A stretch of 64,000 nt of DNA, taken from NCBI RefSeq assembly GCF_009914755.1, contig NC_060937.1. One strand, given 5' to 3'. Shown in pieces: positions 1-13,300 of the stretch. Below the pieces are notes generated by a model that was given only the letters and a program-made list of their open reading frames with translations, did not search any database and was not told the origin of the DNA. The first letter of the stretch is position 1; each line of letters starts with the position of its first letter. The DNA comes from the human T2T-CHM13v2.0 reference genome, Homo sapiens. The position numbers were made by a program, and so were the translations under genes.

Positions 1-1020
1 GAACGGAATAGAATTGCAGGAAATAGAACGGAGTGGAGTGGAGTGGAGTTGAGTGGATTGGATGGGAGTGCAGTGGAATGGAATGGAATGTAGTGGAATG
101 GAAAGGAATGCAATGGAATGCAATGGAATGGAAGGGAGTGGAGTGGATTGGAATGGAATGGAGTTTAGAGGAGTGGAGTGGAGTGGATTGGAGTGGAGTG
201 GAATGGAATGGAGTGGAGAGGAGTGTAGTGGAATGGAGTGGAATGGAATGGTAAGGAATGGAATGGAGCAGAGTGGAGTGGAATGGAATGGAGTGGCATG
301 GAATGGAGTGGAGTTGACTGGAATGCAGTAGAGAGGAGTGTAGTGGAGTGGAGTTGAGTGGAGTAGAGTGTAATGGAGTAAAATGGATTATAGTGGAATG
401 GAATGGAGTGGAATGGAATGGAACAGAAAGGAATGGAATGGATTGGAACAGAATGGAGTGGAGTGGAGTGGAATGGAATGGAGTGGCATGGAATGGAGTG
501 GAGTTGACTGGAATGCAGTAGAGAGGAGTGTAGTGGAGTGGAGTTGAGTGGAGTGGAGTGGAGTGTAATGGAGTAAAATGGATTATAGCGGAATGGAATG
601 GAGTGGAATGGAATGGAACAGAAAGGAATGGAATGGATTGGAACAGAATGGAGTGGAGTGGAGTGGAGTAGAGTTGAGTGGAGAGAAGAGGAGTGCAGTG
701 GAATGGAATGAAATTTAGTGGAATGGAGTGGAGTGGAATGGAGTGGAATGGAGTGGAATGGAATGGAGTGGAGTGGAATTGAATGGAATGGAATGGAACT
801 GAATGCAATGGAATGGAATGCAATGGAATGGAAAGGAACGAAATGGAGTGGAGTGGGGTGGAGCAGAGTAGACTTGAGTGGATCGAAGTGCAGTAGAATG
901 GAATGGAATGGAATGGAGTTGAGTGGAATGGAATGGAATGTATTGGAATGCAGTGGAGTGGATTGGAGTGGAAGGGAACGGAATGGATTGGAATGAATGG
1001 AATAGTGAAATGAAATGTGA

Positions 1021-1342
<322 letters not shown>

Positions 1343-4300
1343 AAGATTGTGCCACTGCACTCCAGTCTGGTAGAAAGTGTGCGATCCCTTCGAAATAAAG
1401 GAATGGAATGGAAAGGAGTGGAATGGGATGGAATGGAGTGGAATGCAGTGGAGTGGAGTGGAATGGAGTGGAGTGGAATGGAGAGGGGTGGAATGGAAAG
1501 GAGCAGAACAGAATGGAATAGAATGGAGTGGAATGGAATGGAATGGAGTGGAAAGGTACTGAGTGGAGTGGAGTGGAGAGAATTGGAGTTGAATGGAGTG
1601 GAATGGAGTGAAATTGATTGGAGTGGAATGGAGTGTAGTGGAATGGAATGGAGTGGAATGGAACGGAACAGAACAGAATGTGACGGAACAGAATGGAACA
1701 GAGTGAAGTGGAGTGGAGTGGTGTGGAATGGAGTGCAATGAAGTTGAATGGAAAGGAGTGGCATGGAATGGAATGGAATGGAACCGACTGGAATGGAATG
1801 GAGTGGAATGGAATGGAATGGAATGGAAAGGAACAGAGTGGAGAGGAGTGGAGTGGAATTGAGTGGAGTGGATCACAGTGCAGTGGAATGGAATGGAATG
1901 GAATGGAATGGAATGGAATGGAATGGAATGGAATGGAAAGGAATTGAATTGAGTGGTGTGGCATGGAATGGAATGAAAAGGAGTGGAGTGGAGTAGAGCG
2001 GAGTTGAGTGGAGTGGATCGGAGTGCAGTGAAATGGAATGGAATGGAACCGAGTTGGTTGGAATGAAATAGAATGTAATGGAATGGAGAGGACTGGACTG
2101 GAGTGGAATGAAGCGGAGTGGAATGGAATGGAATGTAATAGAATGGAATGGAGTGGAGTGGAATGGAATTGAGTGGAATGGAGTGGTGTGGAGTGGAATC
2201 GAGTGGAATGGAATGGAAAGGAGTGGAGTAGAATGGAATGGAATGGAATGGAATGGAGTGGAATGGAATGGAATGGAGTTAAATGGAATGGAGTGGAGAG
2301 AAGTGGAGTGGAGAGGAGTGGAATGGAGTAGAGTGGAGTGGAATGGAATGGGGTGGGGTGGAATGAAGTGGAGTGGAATGGAATGGAATGTAGGAGAGAA
2401 ATGGAATGGAGTGGAGTGGAGTAGAATGGAATGGAGAGGAATTGAGTGGAATGGAGTGAAATGGAATGGAGTGGAGTGGAATGGAATGCAGTGGAAAGGA
2501 CTGGAATAGAACAGAATGGAATGGAACGGAATGGAATGGATTGGAGTGGAGTGGAGTGGAGTGGATTGGAGTGGAATGGAGAAGAAATGAATGGAGTGGA
2601 GTGGAATGGAATGGAATGGAACAGAAAGAAATGGAATGAAATGGAACGGCATGGAATGGAATGGAACAGAATGGAGTGGAGTGGAATGGAGTGGAGTTGA
2701 GTGCAGTGGATAGGAGTGCAGTGGAATGGAACGGAATGGAATGGAATGCAATGGAATGGAATGTAGTGGAGTGGAGTGGAATGGAATAGAATGGAATGGA
2801 ATGGAGTGGACTGGAGTGGAGTGGATTGGAGTGGAGTGGATGGTGTGGAATGGAATGGAATTTATTGGAATGGAATGGAATGGAATGGAGTGGAGTGGAA
2901 TAGAATGTAACGGAATGGAATGGAATAGAAAGGAATGGAATGGAATGGAATGGAATGGAATGGAATGGAAAGGAATGGAATGTTGTGGAGTGGAACGGAA
3001 TGGAGTGGAGTGGAATGGAATGCACTGGAGTGGATTGGATTGGAATGGAATGGAGTGGAAAGGAATGGAATGGAATGGACAGGAATGGAGTGGAATGTAA
3101 TGGAATGCAATGCAATGGAATGGAGTGGAATGTAATGGAATGCAATGGAATGGAATGGAATGGAATGGAATGGAATGGAATGGAATTGAGCGGAGTGGAG
3201 TTGTCTTGAGTGCAGTAGATCAGAGTGCATTGGAATGGAATGGAATGGAATCAAATGGAATGGAATGGAAGGGAGTGGAGCGGAATGGAATGGAATGGAA
3301 TGGAGTACAGTGTAGTGTAGTGTAGTGTAGTGGAATGGAATGAAATGCAGTGGAGTACAGTAGATTGTAGTGGAGTGGAGTGGAATGCAATGGAATGCAG
3401 TGGAATGGAATGGAATGGAGTGGAATGAAATGGAAAGGAGTTTAATGGATTGGCATGGAATGGTGTGGAATGGAATGGAATGGAGTGGTATGCAACGGAA
3501 TGGAATGGTATTGGGGTGGAGTGGAGTGGATTGAAATTGAGTGTAGTGGATCGGAGTGCAGTGGAATGGAATGGAATGGAATGGAATGCAATGAAATGGA
3601 ATGGAATGGAACGGAATGCAACGGAGTGGAGTGAAGTGGAGTGGAGTTGATGGCAGTGGATCAGAGTGCAGTGGAATGGATTGGAACGGAATGGAATGGA
3701 ATGGAGTGGAGTGGAATGGAATGGAATGAAGTGGAATACAATGGAGTCGAGTGGAATGGAGTGGAGTGGAGTGAAATGGATGAAATGGAGTGGAGTGGCG
3801 TGGAGTGGATTGGAATGGAATGGAACCGAATGGAATAGATAGGAAAGGAATGGAACGGAAAGAAATGGAGTAGAGTGGAGTGCAGTGGAGTGGAGTGGAG
3901 TGAAGTGGAGTGGAATCGAGTGGAATGGAGTGGAATGGAGTGGAACAGAGTGGAGTGGAGTGGAACAGAGTGGAGTGGAGTGGAGTGGAGTGGAGTGGAA
4001 TGGAGTGGAACAGAGTGGAGTGGAATGGAGTGGAATGGAGTTTTGCGGAGTGGAGTGGAGGGAATGGAGTTGAGTGGAATGGAGTTTAGTGGAAAGGAAT
4101 GGAATGGAATGGAAGGGAACGCAACTGAGTGGAGTGGAGTGGATTAGAATTGAGTGAAGTGTATCGGAGTGCAGGGGAATGGAATGGAATGGAATGGAAT
4201 GGAATGGAATGGAATGGAATGGAATGGAGTGGAGTGGAGTGGATTGTAGTGGAAAGGAATGGAGTGGAGTGGAATGTATTGCAGTGCAGTGGAGTGAAAT

Positions 4301-7300
4301 ATAATGGAATCTAGTGGCATGGAATAGAATGGAGTGGAATGAAATGGAATGGGGTGGAATGGAATGGAATGGAGTGGTGTGGAATGGAATGGAATGGAGG
4401 GGAATGGAATATAATGGAATGGAATGAAATGAAAGGGAATGGTGAAATGATATTTGAGCTAAGATCGTGCAACTGCACTGAAGTCTGGGTGACAGAGAGA
4501 GAGCCAGTCGAAATAAAGGAGTGGAATGAAATGGAGTCGAATGGAATGGAATGGAGTGCAGTGTTATGGAATGGAGTGCAATGGATTGGAGTGGAGTGGA
4601 ACAGAGTGCAGTGTAGTGGAGTTGACTGGAGTGGATCAGAGTGCAGTGGAATGGAATGGAATGCAATGGGCAGGAAAGGAGTGTAGTGTAATAGAGTGGA
4701 ATGGAGTGAACAGGTGTGGAGTGGAATGGAGTGGAGTGGAATGGAATGGTGTGGAATGGAAAGGAACAGAATGGAAAGGAACGGAATAGAATGGAATGGA
4801 GTGGAGTGAAGTGGAATGAAGAGGGGTGGATTGGAATGGAATGGACCCGTGTGTAGTGGAGTGGAGTGGATTGGAGTGGAATGTGGGGGAAGGGAATGGA
4901 GTGGAGTGGAATGGAATGTAATGGAACGGAATGTAATGGAACGGAATGGAACAGAATGGAACGGAATGGAACGGAATGAACAGAATAGAATGGAATGGAA
5001 CATAGTGGAGTGGATTGGAGTGGCATAGAGTTGAGTGCAGTGTATTGCAGTGCAGTGGAATGGAATAGAATGGAATGGAATGGAATGGTGAAATGATATG
5101 TGAGCTAAGATTGTGCAACTGCACTCCAATCTGGGTGACAGAGAGAGTCCCAATCCAAATAAAGGAGTGAAATGGAATGGAGTCGAATGGAATGGAATGG
5201 AGTGCAGTGGTATGGAATGATGTGCAATGGAGTGGAGTGGAACAGACTGTAGAGGAGTGGAGTTGACAGGAGTGGATCAGAGTGCAGTGGAATGGAATGG
5301 AATGCAATGCACAGGAATGGAGTGGAGTGGAATGGAGTGGAATGTAGTGAACAGGAGTGGAGTGGAATGGAGTGAAATGGAAAGCAATGGTGTGGAGTGG
5401 CACGGAACGGAATGGAATGGAACTGAATGGCACAGAATGGAGTCGAGTGAAGTGGAGTAGAGTGGAATGGAATGGACTGGTGTGTAGCAGAGAGGAGTGG
5501 ATTGGAGTGGAATGGAGGGGAAGGTAATGGAGTTGAGTATAATGGAATGGAATGGAATGGAATGGAATGGAATGGAATAGAATGGAATGGAATGTAGTGG
5601 AGTGGATTGAAGTGGAGTGGAGTGGAGTTGAGCGGAGTGGAGTAGAGTGGAATGGATTGGAGTGCAACAGAGTGGAGTGGAACGAAGTGGAATGGTTTGG
5701 AATGGAATTTAGTGGCATGGAATGGAAAGGAGTGGATTGGAGTGGAGTGGAATGGGGTAGAATGGAGTGAAATGGAGTGGAGTGAAATGGAGTCGAATGG
5801 AATGGAGTGGAATGGCATGCAACAGAATGGAAAGGAAAGTAATGGAGAGGAGTGGAGTGAAGTGGAGTGGAGTTGAGTGGAGTGGATCAGAGTGTACTGG
5901 AATGGAATGGAATGGAATGGAGTGAAGTTGAATGGAACAGAGTGAAGTGGAGGGGAGTGGAGTGTATTGTAGTGGAGTGGAATGGAGTAGGGTGGAGTGG
6001 AGTGGAGTGGAATGGAATGGAAAGGAATGGAATGGAATAGTGAAATGAAATGTGAGCTAAGATTCTGCAACTGCACTACAGTCTGGGTGACAAAGTTAGA
6101 TCCAGTCAAAATAAAGGAATGGAAAGGTATGGAGTAAAATGAAATGGAATGGGTTGGAGTGAAATGGAATGGAGTGGAATGGAGTGGAGTGGAGTGGAAT
6201 GGAGTGAAATGGAGTGGAGTGGAGTTTAATGGAATGGAATGCAGTGGAAAGGGAGGGAATGGAGTGGAGTGGAATGGAGTGAAATGGAGTGGAGTGGAGT
6301 TTAATGGAATGGAATGCAGTGGAAAGGGAGGGAATGGAGTGGAGTGGAATGCAGTGGATTGCAATGGAATGGAGTGGAATGTAGTGAAATGGAGTGGAGT
6401 GGAATGGAGTGGAGTGGAATTGAATGGATTGGAATGGAATGGAACAGAATGGAAGAGAATGGAAAGGAGTGGGGTGGAGTGGAGTGGAGTTCATTGGAGT
6501 GGATCGGAGTACACTTGAATTGAATGGAATGAAATGGACTGGAATGGAGTGTAGTGAGTGGAGAGGAGTTTGGTGGAATTGAGTGGAATTGACTGGAGTT
6601 GTGAGGAGTTGTGTGGAGTGGAGTGGAATGGAGTGGAATGGAAGGGAGTGGAGTGGAATGAAGTGGAATGGAAGGGAGTGGAGTGGAATGGAATGGAATG
6701 GAACGGTATGGAATTGAATGGAACAGAATGGAGTGGAATGGAATGGAATGGAGTGGAGTGGAATTGAGAGGAGTGGGTCACAGTGCAGTGGAATGGAATG
6801 GAATTTGATGGATTGGAATGGAATGTAGTGGAGAGGAATGGAATGGAATAGAATGGAGTGGAGTGGAATGAAATGGAGTGGAGTGGAGTGTAGGGGAGTG
6901 GAACGGAGTGGTGTGGAATGGAGTGGAATGGAGGGGAATGAAATGGAATGGAATGGAGTGGACTGGAAGGGAATGGATTGGAATGGAATGAAGTAAAGTG
7001 TATCGGAGAGGAGTCGAGTAAAATGGAGTGGAATGTAGGGAAATGGAGTGGAGTGATATGGAGGGGAGAGGAATGGAATGGAGTGGAATGGAATGAAACA
7101 GAATGGAACGGAATGGAACGGAGTGGAGTGGAGTGGAATGGAGGGGAGTTCAGTGGAGTGAAACCGAGTGCAGTGGAATGGAATGGAATGGAAAGGAATG
7201 GAGTGGAGTGAAGTAGAGTGCAGTGGAGTGGTGCGGAGTTGAGTGGAATGGTGTGAAGTGGAATGGAGTGGAGTAGAGTGGAATGAAATGGAATGTAACG

Positions 7301-10300
7301 GAATGGAATGGAATGAAATGAAATGGAATGGAAAAGAAAGGAACGGAGTGGAGTGGAGTGGAGAGGAGTAGAGTGGAGTGGATCGGAGTGCAGTGGAATT
7401 GAATGGAATGCAACTGGATGGAAAGGAATGGGGTGGAGTGGATTGGAATGGAAGGGAGTAGAGTGGAATAGAGTGGAATGGAGTGAAGTGGAATGGAAAG
7501 GAGTGGAGTAGAATGGAATGCAGTGGAATGGAATGGAATGGAAGAGAATGGTGAAATGAAATGTGAGCTAAAATTGTGCCACTGCACTCCTTTCTGGATG
7601 ACAGAGTGAGATTCATTTGAAATAAAGGACTGGAATGCAATGGAGTAGAATGGGAAGGAAAGGAGTGGAGTGGAATGGCATGGAGTGGAATGAAGTGGAG
7701 TGGAGTGGAATGGAGTGGAGTGGAATGGAGATGAGTGGAATGGAGAGCAATGGAGTGGAATGGAATGGAATGGAGTGGAATGGAATGGAATGGAGTGGAA
7801 TGGAATGGAATGGAATGGAATGGAATGGAGTGGAATGGAATGGAATGGAATGGAATGGAATGGAATGGAGTGGAATGGAATGGAGTGGAGTGGAATGGAA
7901 TGGAATGGAATGGAATGGAATGGAATGGAATGGAGTGGAATGGAATGGAGTGGAATGGAGTGGAGTGGAGATGAGTGGAGTAGAATGGAGTGGAGTGGAA
8001 TGGAGGGGTATGGAGAGCAATGGAATGGAATGTAATGGAGTGAAATGGAACGGAATGGAGTGGAATGAAATTGAGTGGAGAGGAGTGGAGTGGAGTGGAG
8101 TGAAGTGGATTGGAGTGGAGTGGAATGGAATGGACTGTAATGGAATGGAGAGGATTGGAATGAAATAGAACGGAATGGAATGGAATGTAACGGAATGGAA
8201 AGAAACAGAACGGAAGTGAGTGGAGTGGACTGGAATGCAGTGGAGTTGAGTGGAGTGGTTCATAGTGGAGTGGAATGGAATGGAATGGATCTGAATGGAA
8301 TGGAGTGGAATGGAATGGATTGGAATGGAATGGAATGGAATGGAATGGAATGGAGTGTAGTGGAGTGGTGTGGAGTAGAGTGGAATGGAATGGAATGGAG
8401 TGTAGTGGAGTGGAATGGAATGGAGTGGAGTGGAGTGGAGTGATGTGGACTGCAATGGAATGAAGGGGATTGGAATGTAATGGAACGAAACGGAATGGAA
8501 TGGAATGGAATGGAAAGGAAAGAAACAGAACGGAACTGAGTGGAGTGGACAGGAATGAAGTGGAGTTAAGTGGAGTGGTTCAGAGTGGAGTGGAATGGAA
8601 TGGAATGGAATGTAAAGGAACGGAATGGAAAGAAGCAGAACAGAACAAAGTGGAGTGGAGTGGAATGCAGTGGAGTTGAGTGGAGTGGTTCAGAGTGGAG
8701 TGGGATGGAACGGAATGGAATGGATTGCAATGGAATGGAGTGGAGTGGAATGGAATGGAGTGGAGTGGTGTGGGGTAGAGTGGAAAGGGATGGAATGGAA
8801 TGGAATGGAGTGTAGTGAAGTAGAATGGATTGGAGTGGAGTGGAGTGTAATGGTTTGGAGTGGAATGGAATGAAGTGGAGTGGAGTGGAGTGGAGTGTAA
8901 TGGAGTGGAATGGATTGGAATGGAATGGAAAGGAATGGAGTGGACTGGAATGTAATGGAGTGGAATGGAATTGAATGGAGTGTACTGGAGTGGAGTCGAG
9001 TGGACTGTAATGGAATGGAAATGAGAGAAATGTAGTGGAGTGGTATGGATTGTAGTGGAATAGAAAGGAGTGGAATGGAATGGAACGGAAAGGAACAGAT
9101 TGGAGTGGAGTGGATTGGAGTGGAGTTGAGTGGAGTGGATCGGAGTGGTGTGGAATTTAATGGAATGGAATGGAAAGGAATGGAATGGAGTGGAGTGGAA
9201 TGGAATGGAGTGGAGTGGAGTGGAATGGAATGGAGTGGAATGGAATAGAGTGGAGTGGAAGGGAATGGAGTGGAGTGGAATGGAATGGAATGGAAAGAAA
9301 TGGCATGGAACAGAACGGAATGGAATGGAAAGGAATGGAATGGAGAGGAGTGGAGAGGTGTGGATTGGAGTTGAGTGGAGTGGATAAAAGTGCACTGGAA
9401 TGGAATGGAATAGAATGGAATTGAATGGAATGGAATGGAAAGGAGTCAAGTAGAATGGAGTGGAGTGGCATGGAGTGGAGGGAAGTAGAGTGTAGTGGAG
9501 TGTAGTGGAATGGAATGTAATTGAGTGGAGTGTAATGGAATGGAATGGTGAAATGAAATGTGTGCTAAGATTGTGCCACTGCAATCCAGTCTGGGTGACA
9601 GAGTGAGATCCAGTCGAAATGATGGAATGGAAGGGAGTAGAAAGGAAAGGAATGGAATGGAGTAGAGTGGAATGGAATGGAGTGGAATGGAATGGAGCTT
9701 AGTGGAATGGAGTAGACTGGAATGGAGTGGAGTGGAATGGAGTGGAGTGGAGTGGAATAAAATGAAAAGGAATAGATTGGAATGCAAGGAATGGAGTGGA
9801 GTGGAGTGGAGTTAGTGAAACGGAGTGGAGTGGAATGGAGTGGAGTGGAGTGGAATGGAGTGGAGTGAAATGGAATGGAGTGGAGCAGAGGGGAATGGAG
9901 TGGAATGGAATGGAATGGAATGGAATGGAGAGGAATGGAGAAGAATGGAGTGGAATGTAATGGAGTGGAGTGGAGTGGATTGGAGTGGAGTGGAGTATAT
10001 AGGAGTGGAATGGAGTGAAATGGAGTGGAGTGGACTGGAGTGGAGTGGAATGCAATTGAGTGGAATTGAAAGGAACGGAACAGCTGCAACAGAACAGAAT
10101 GAAATGGAGTGAGTGGAGTGGAGTGGAGTTGAGTGTAGTTGATCGGAGTGCAGTTGCATGGAATGGAATGGAATGGATTGAAATTGAGTGGAGTAGAGTA
10201 GAGTTTAGTGGACTGTAGTGGAATGGAGTGGAGTGGAGAGGACTGCAGTGGAGTTGAGTGGAATGGGGTGGAATTGAGTGGAGCGGAATGGAGTCGAGAG

Positions 10301-13300
10301 GAATGGAATGGAATGGAATGGAATGCAATGGAATGGAACGGAATGGAATGGAACAGAACGGAATGGAGTAGAGTGAAATGGAGTGGAGTTGAGTGTAGTG
10401 TAGTGGCCTGGAGTGGAATGGAATGGAATAGAATGAAATGGAATGGAATGGTGAAATGAAATGTGAACTGATTGTGCCACTGCACTCCAGTATGTGTGAC
10501 AGAGTGAGATCCAGTCAAAATAAAGGAATGGAAGGAAATGGAGTAGAATGGAATGGAATGGAGTGGAGTGGAATGGAATGGAGTGGAATGAAATGGAATG
10601 GAGTGGAATGGAATGGAGTGGAGTGGAATAGAATGGAATGGATTGGAATGGAATGAAATGGAATGGAGTGGAATGGAAGGAATGGAGTGGAATGGAGTGG
10701 AGTGGAGTGGAATGGAGTGGAGTGCACTGAGTGGAATGGATTGGACTGGAATGGAATGGAGTGGAATGGAGTGGAATGGAATGTAATGGATTGGATTGGA
10801 ATGAAATGGAATGGACTGGAATGCAATGGAATGGAGTGGAGTGGAGTGGGATGGAGTGGAATGGAGTGAAATGGAGTGGAGTGGAGTGGAGTGGAATGAA
10901 ATGGAATGGAATGGAATGGAACGGAATGGTGAAATGAAATGTGAGCTGAGATTGTGCGACTGCACTCCAGCCTGGGTGACAGAGTGAGATCCTGTGGAAA
11001 GATAGGAAAGTAATGTTATGGAGTATACTGGAATTGAATGGAATGGAATGTAGTGGAGTGGAGTGGAGTGCAGTGGAATGGAGTGGAATGCAATGTGATT
11101 CAATGGAAAGGATCGGAGGGGAGTAGAGTGCAGTGGAATGGAGTGGAATGGAATGGGATGGAATGGAGAGGAGAGAAGAAAAGTGTAGTGGAGTGGAATG
11201 GAATGGAGTGGAGTGGAGTTGAGTGGACTGGAGTGGAATGGAGTGGAATGGAATGGAAAGGTGAAATGAAATGTGAGCTCAGATTGTGCCACTGTGCTCC
11301 AGTCTGTGTGAGACAGTGAGACCCTGTCGAAAGAAAAGGATGGAATGGAATGGTGTGGAATGGAAAGGAACGGAATTGAATGGAGTGGAGTGGAGTGCAA
11401 TGGAGTGGAATGGAATGGGATGGAAAGGAATGTAATGGTTTTGAGTGGAGTGGAGTGGAGTGATGTGGAATGGAGTGGAATGTAATGGGACGAATTGGAA
11501 TGGAGAGGACTGGAGTGGATTGGAATGGAATTGAATGGAATGGAATGGAATGGAATGGAGTGGAGTGGAAAGGAGTTGAGTCCACTGGAATGCAATGTAA
11601 TGGAACGGAATGGAATGGAATGGTGAAATTAGATGTGAGATGTGATTGTGCCACTGCACTCCAAACTGTGTGACAGAGTGAGATGCTGTCAAAAGAAAGG
11701 AATGGAATGGAATGGAACGGAATGTAGAGGAGTGGAGTGCAGTGGAATGGAGTGGAATGCAATGTGATTCAATGGAAAGGATCGGAGGGGAGTAGAGTGC
11801 AGTGGAATGGAGTGGAATGGAATGGGATGTAATGGAGAGGAGAGGAGAAAAGTGTAGTGGAGTGGAATGGAATGGAGTGGAGTGGAGTTGAGTGGACTGG
11901 AGTGGAATGGAGTGGAGTGGAATGGAAAGGTGAAATGAAATGTGAGCTCAGATTGTGCCACTGTGCTCCAGTCTGTGTGAGACAGTGAGACCCTGTCGAA
12001 AGAAAGGGATGGAATGGAATGGAGTGGAATGGAAAGGAACGGAATTGAATGGAGAGGAGTGGGGTGGAGTGGAGTGGAATGGAGTGGAATGGAATGGGAT
12101 GGAAAGGAATGTAATGCTTTGGAGTGGAGTGGAGTTGAGTGATGTGGAATGGAGTGGAAAGGAATGGGATGGATTGGAATGAGATGGGATGGAATTCAAT
12201 GGAATGTAGCAGAGTGGAGTGGACGGGAATGGAATGGAATGGACTGGAATGTAATGGAATGGAATGGCGTGGAGTGGAGTAGAATGGAATGGTTTCGAGT
12301 GGAATTGAATTGAGCGGAGGGTAGTGGAATGAAGTGGAGTGGAATTGAGTGGAATTGAAAGGATGGAATGGAATAGAGTGGAGTGGTTTGGAGTGGACTG
12401 GAGAGGAAGGGAGTTGAATGGAATGGGATGGAATGGAATGGAGTGGAGGGGAGTGGAATGGAATGGAATGGAGTGGAATGGAAAGGAATGGAAAGGAATG
12501 GAACGGAATTGAATGGTGATGTGAAATGTGAACTGAAATTGTGTTACTGCACTCCAGCCTGGTTGACAGAGTGAGATCCTGTCAAAAGAAAGAAATAGAA
12601 TGGAATGGATTGGAATGGAATGGAATGGAATCGAATGGAATGGAATGGAATGGAATGGAATGGAATGGAATGGAATGGAATGGAATTGAATGGAATGGAG
12701 TGGAGTGGAGTGGAATGGAGTGGAATGGAATGGGATGGAATGACATGGAGTGGAGTGGCGTGGAGTGGAATGGAGTGGAGAGGAGTGGAATGGAATGGAA
12801 TGGAATGGAGTGGAATGGATATAGTGGAATGGAATGAAATGGAACGGATTGGAATGCAGTGGAATGGAATGGTGAAACCAAATGTGAGCTGTGATTGTGC
12901 CACTGAACTCCAACCTGGGAGAGAGAGTGAGATCCTGTCGAAAGAAAGGAAAGGAACCGAATGAATGCAATGGAATTGAATGGAGTGGAATGGAGTGGAA
13001 TGGAGTGGAGTGGAGTGGCGTGGAGTGCAGGGGACTGGAGTGGAGAGGAGTGGAGTGGCGTGGAATGGAGGGGACTGGAGTGGAGAGGAATGGAGTGGAG
13101 GGGAATGGAGTGGTATGGAATGGATGGAGTGGAATGGAATAGAGTGGAGAGGAGTGGAGTGGAGTGGAATGGAGTGGAATCAAATGGGATAGAATGGAGT
13201 GAATTGGAGTGGAGTGGAGTGGAATAGAATGGAATGGAATGGAAAGGAATGGAATTCAATGGAATGGAATATAAAGGAATGGAGTGGAATGGAATGGTGA

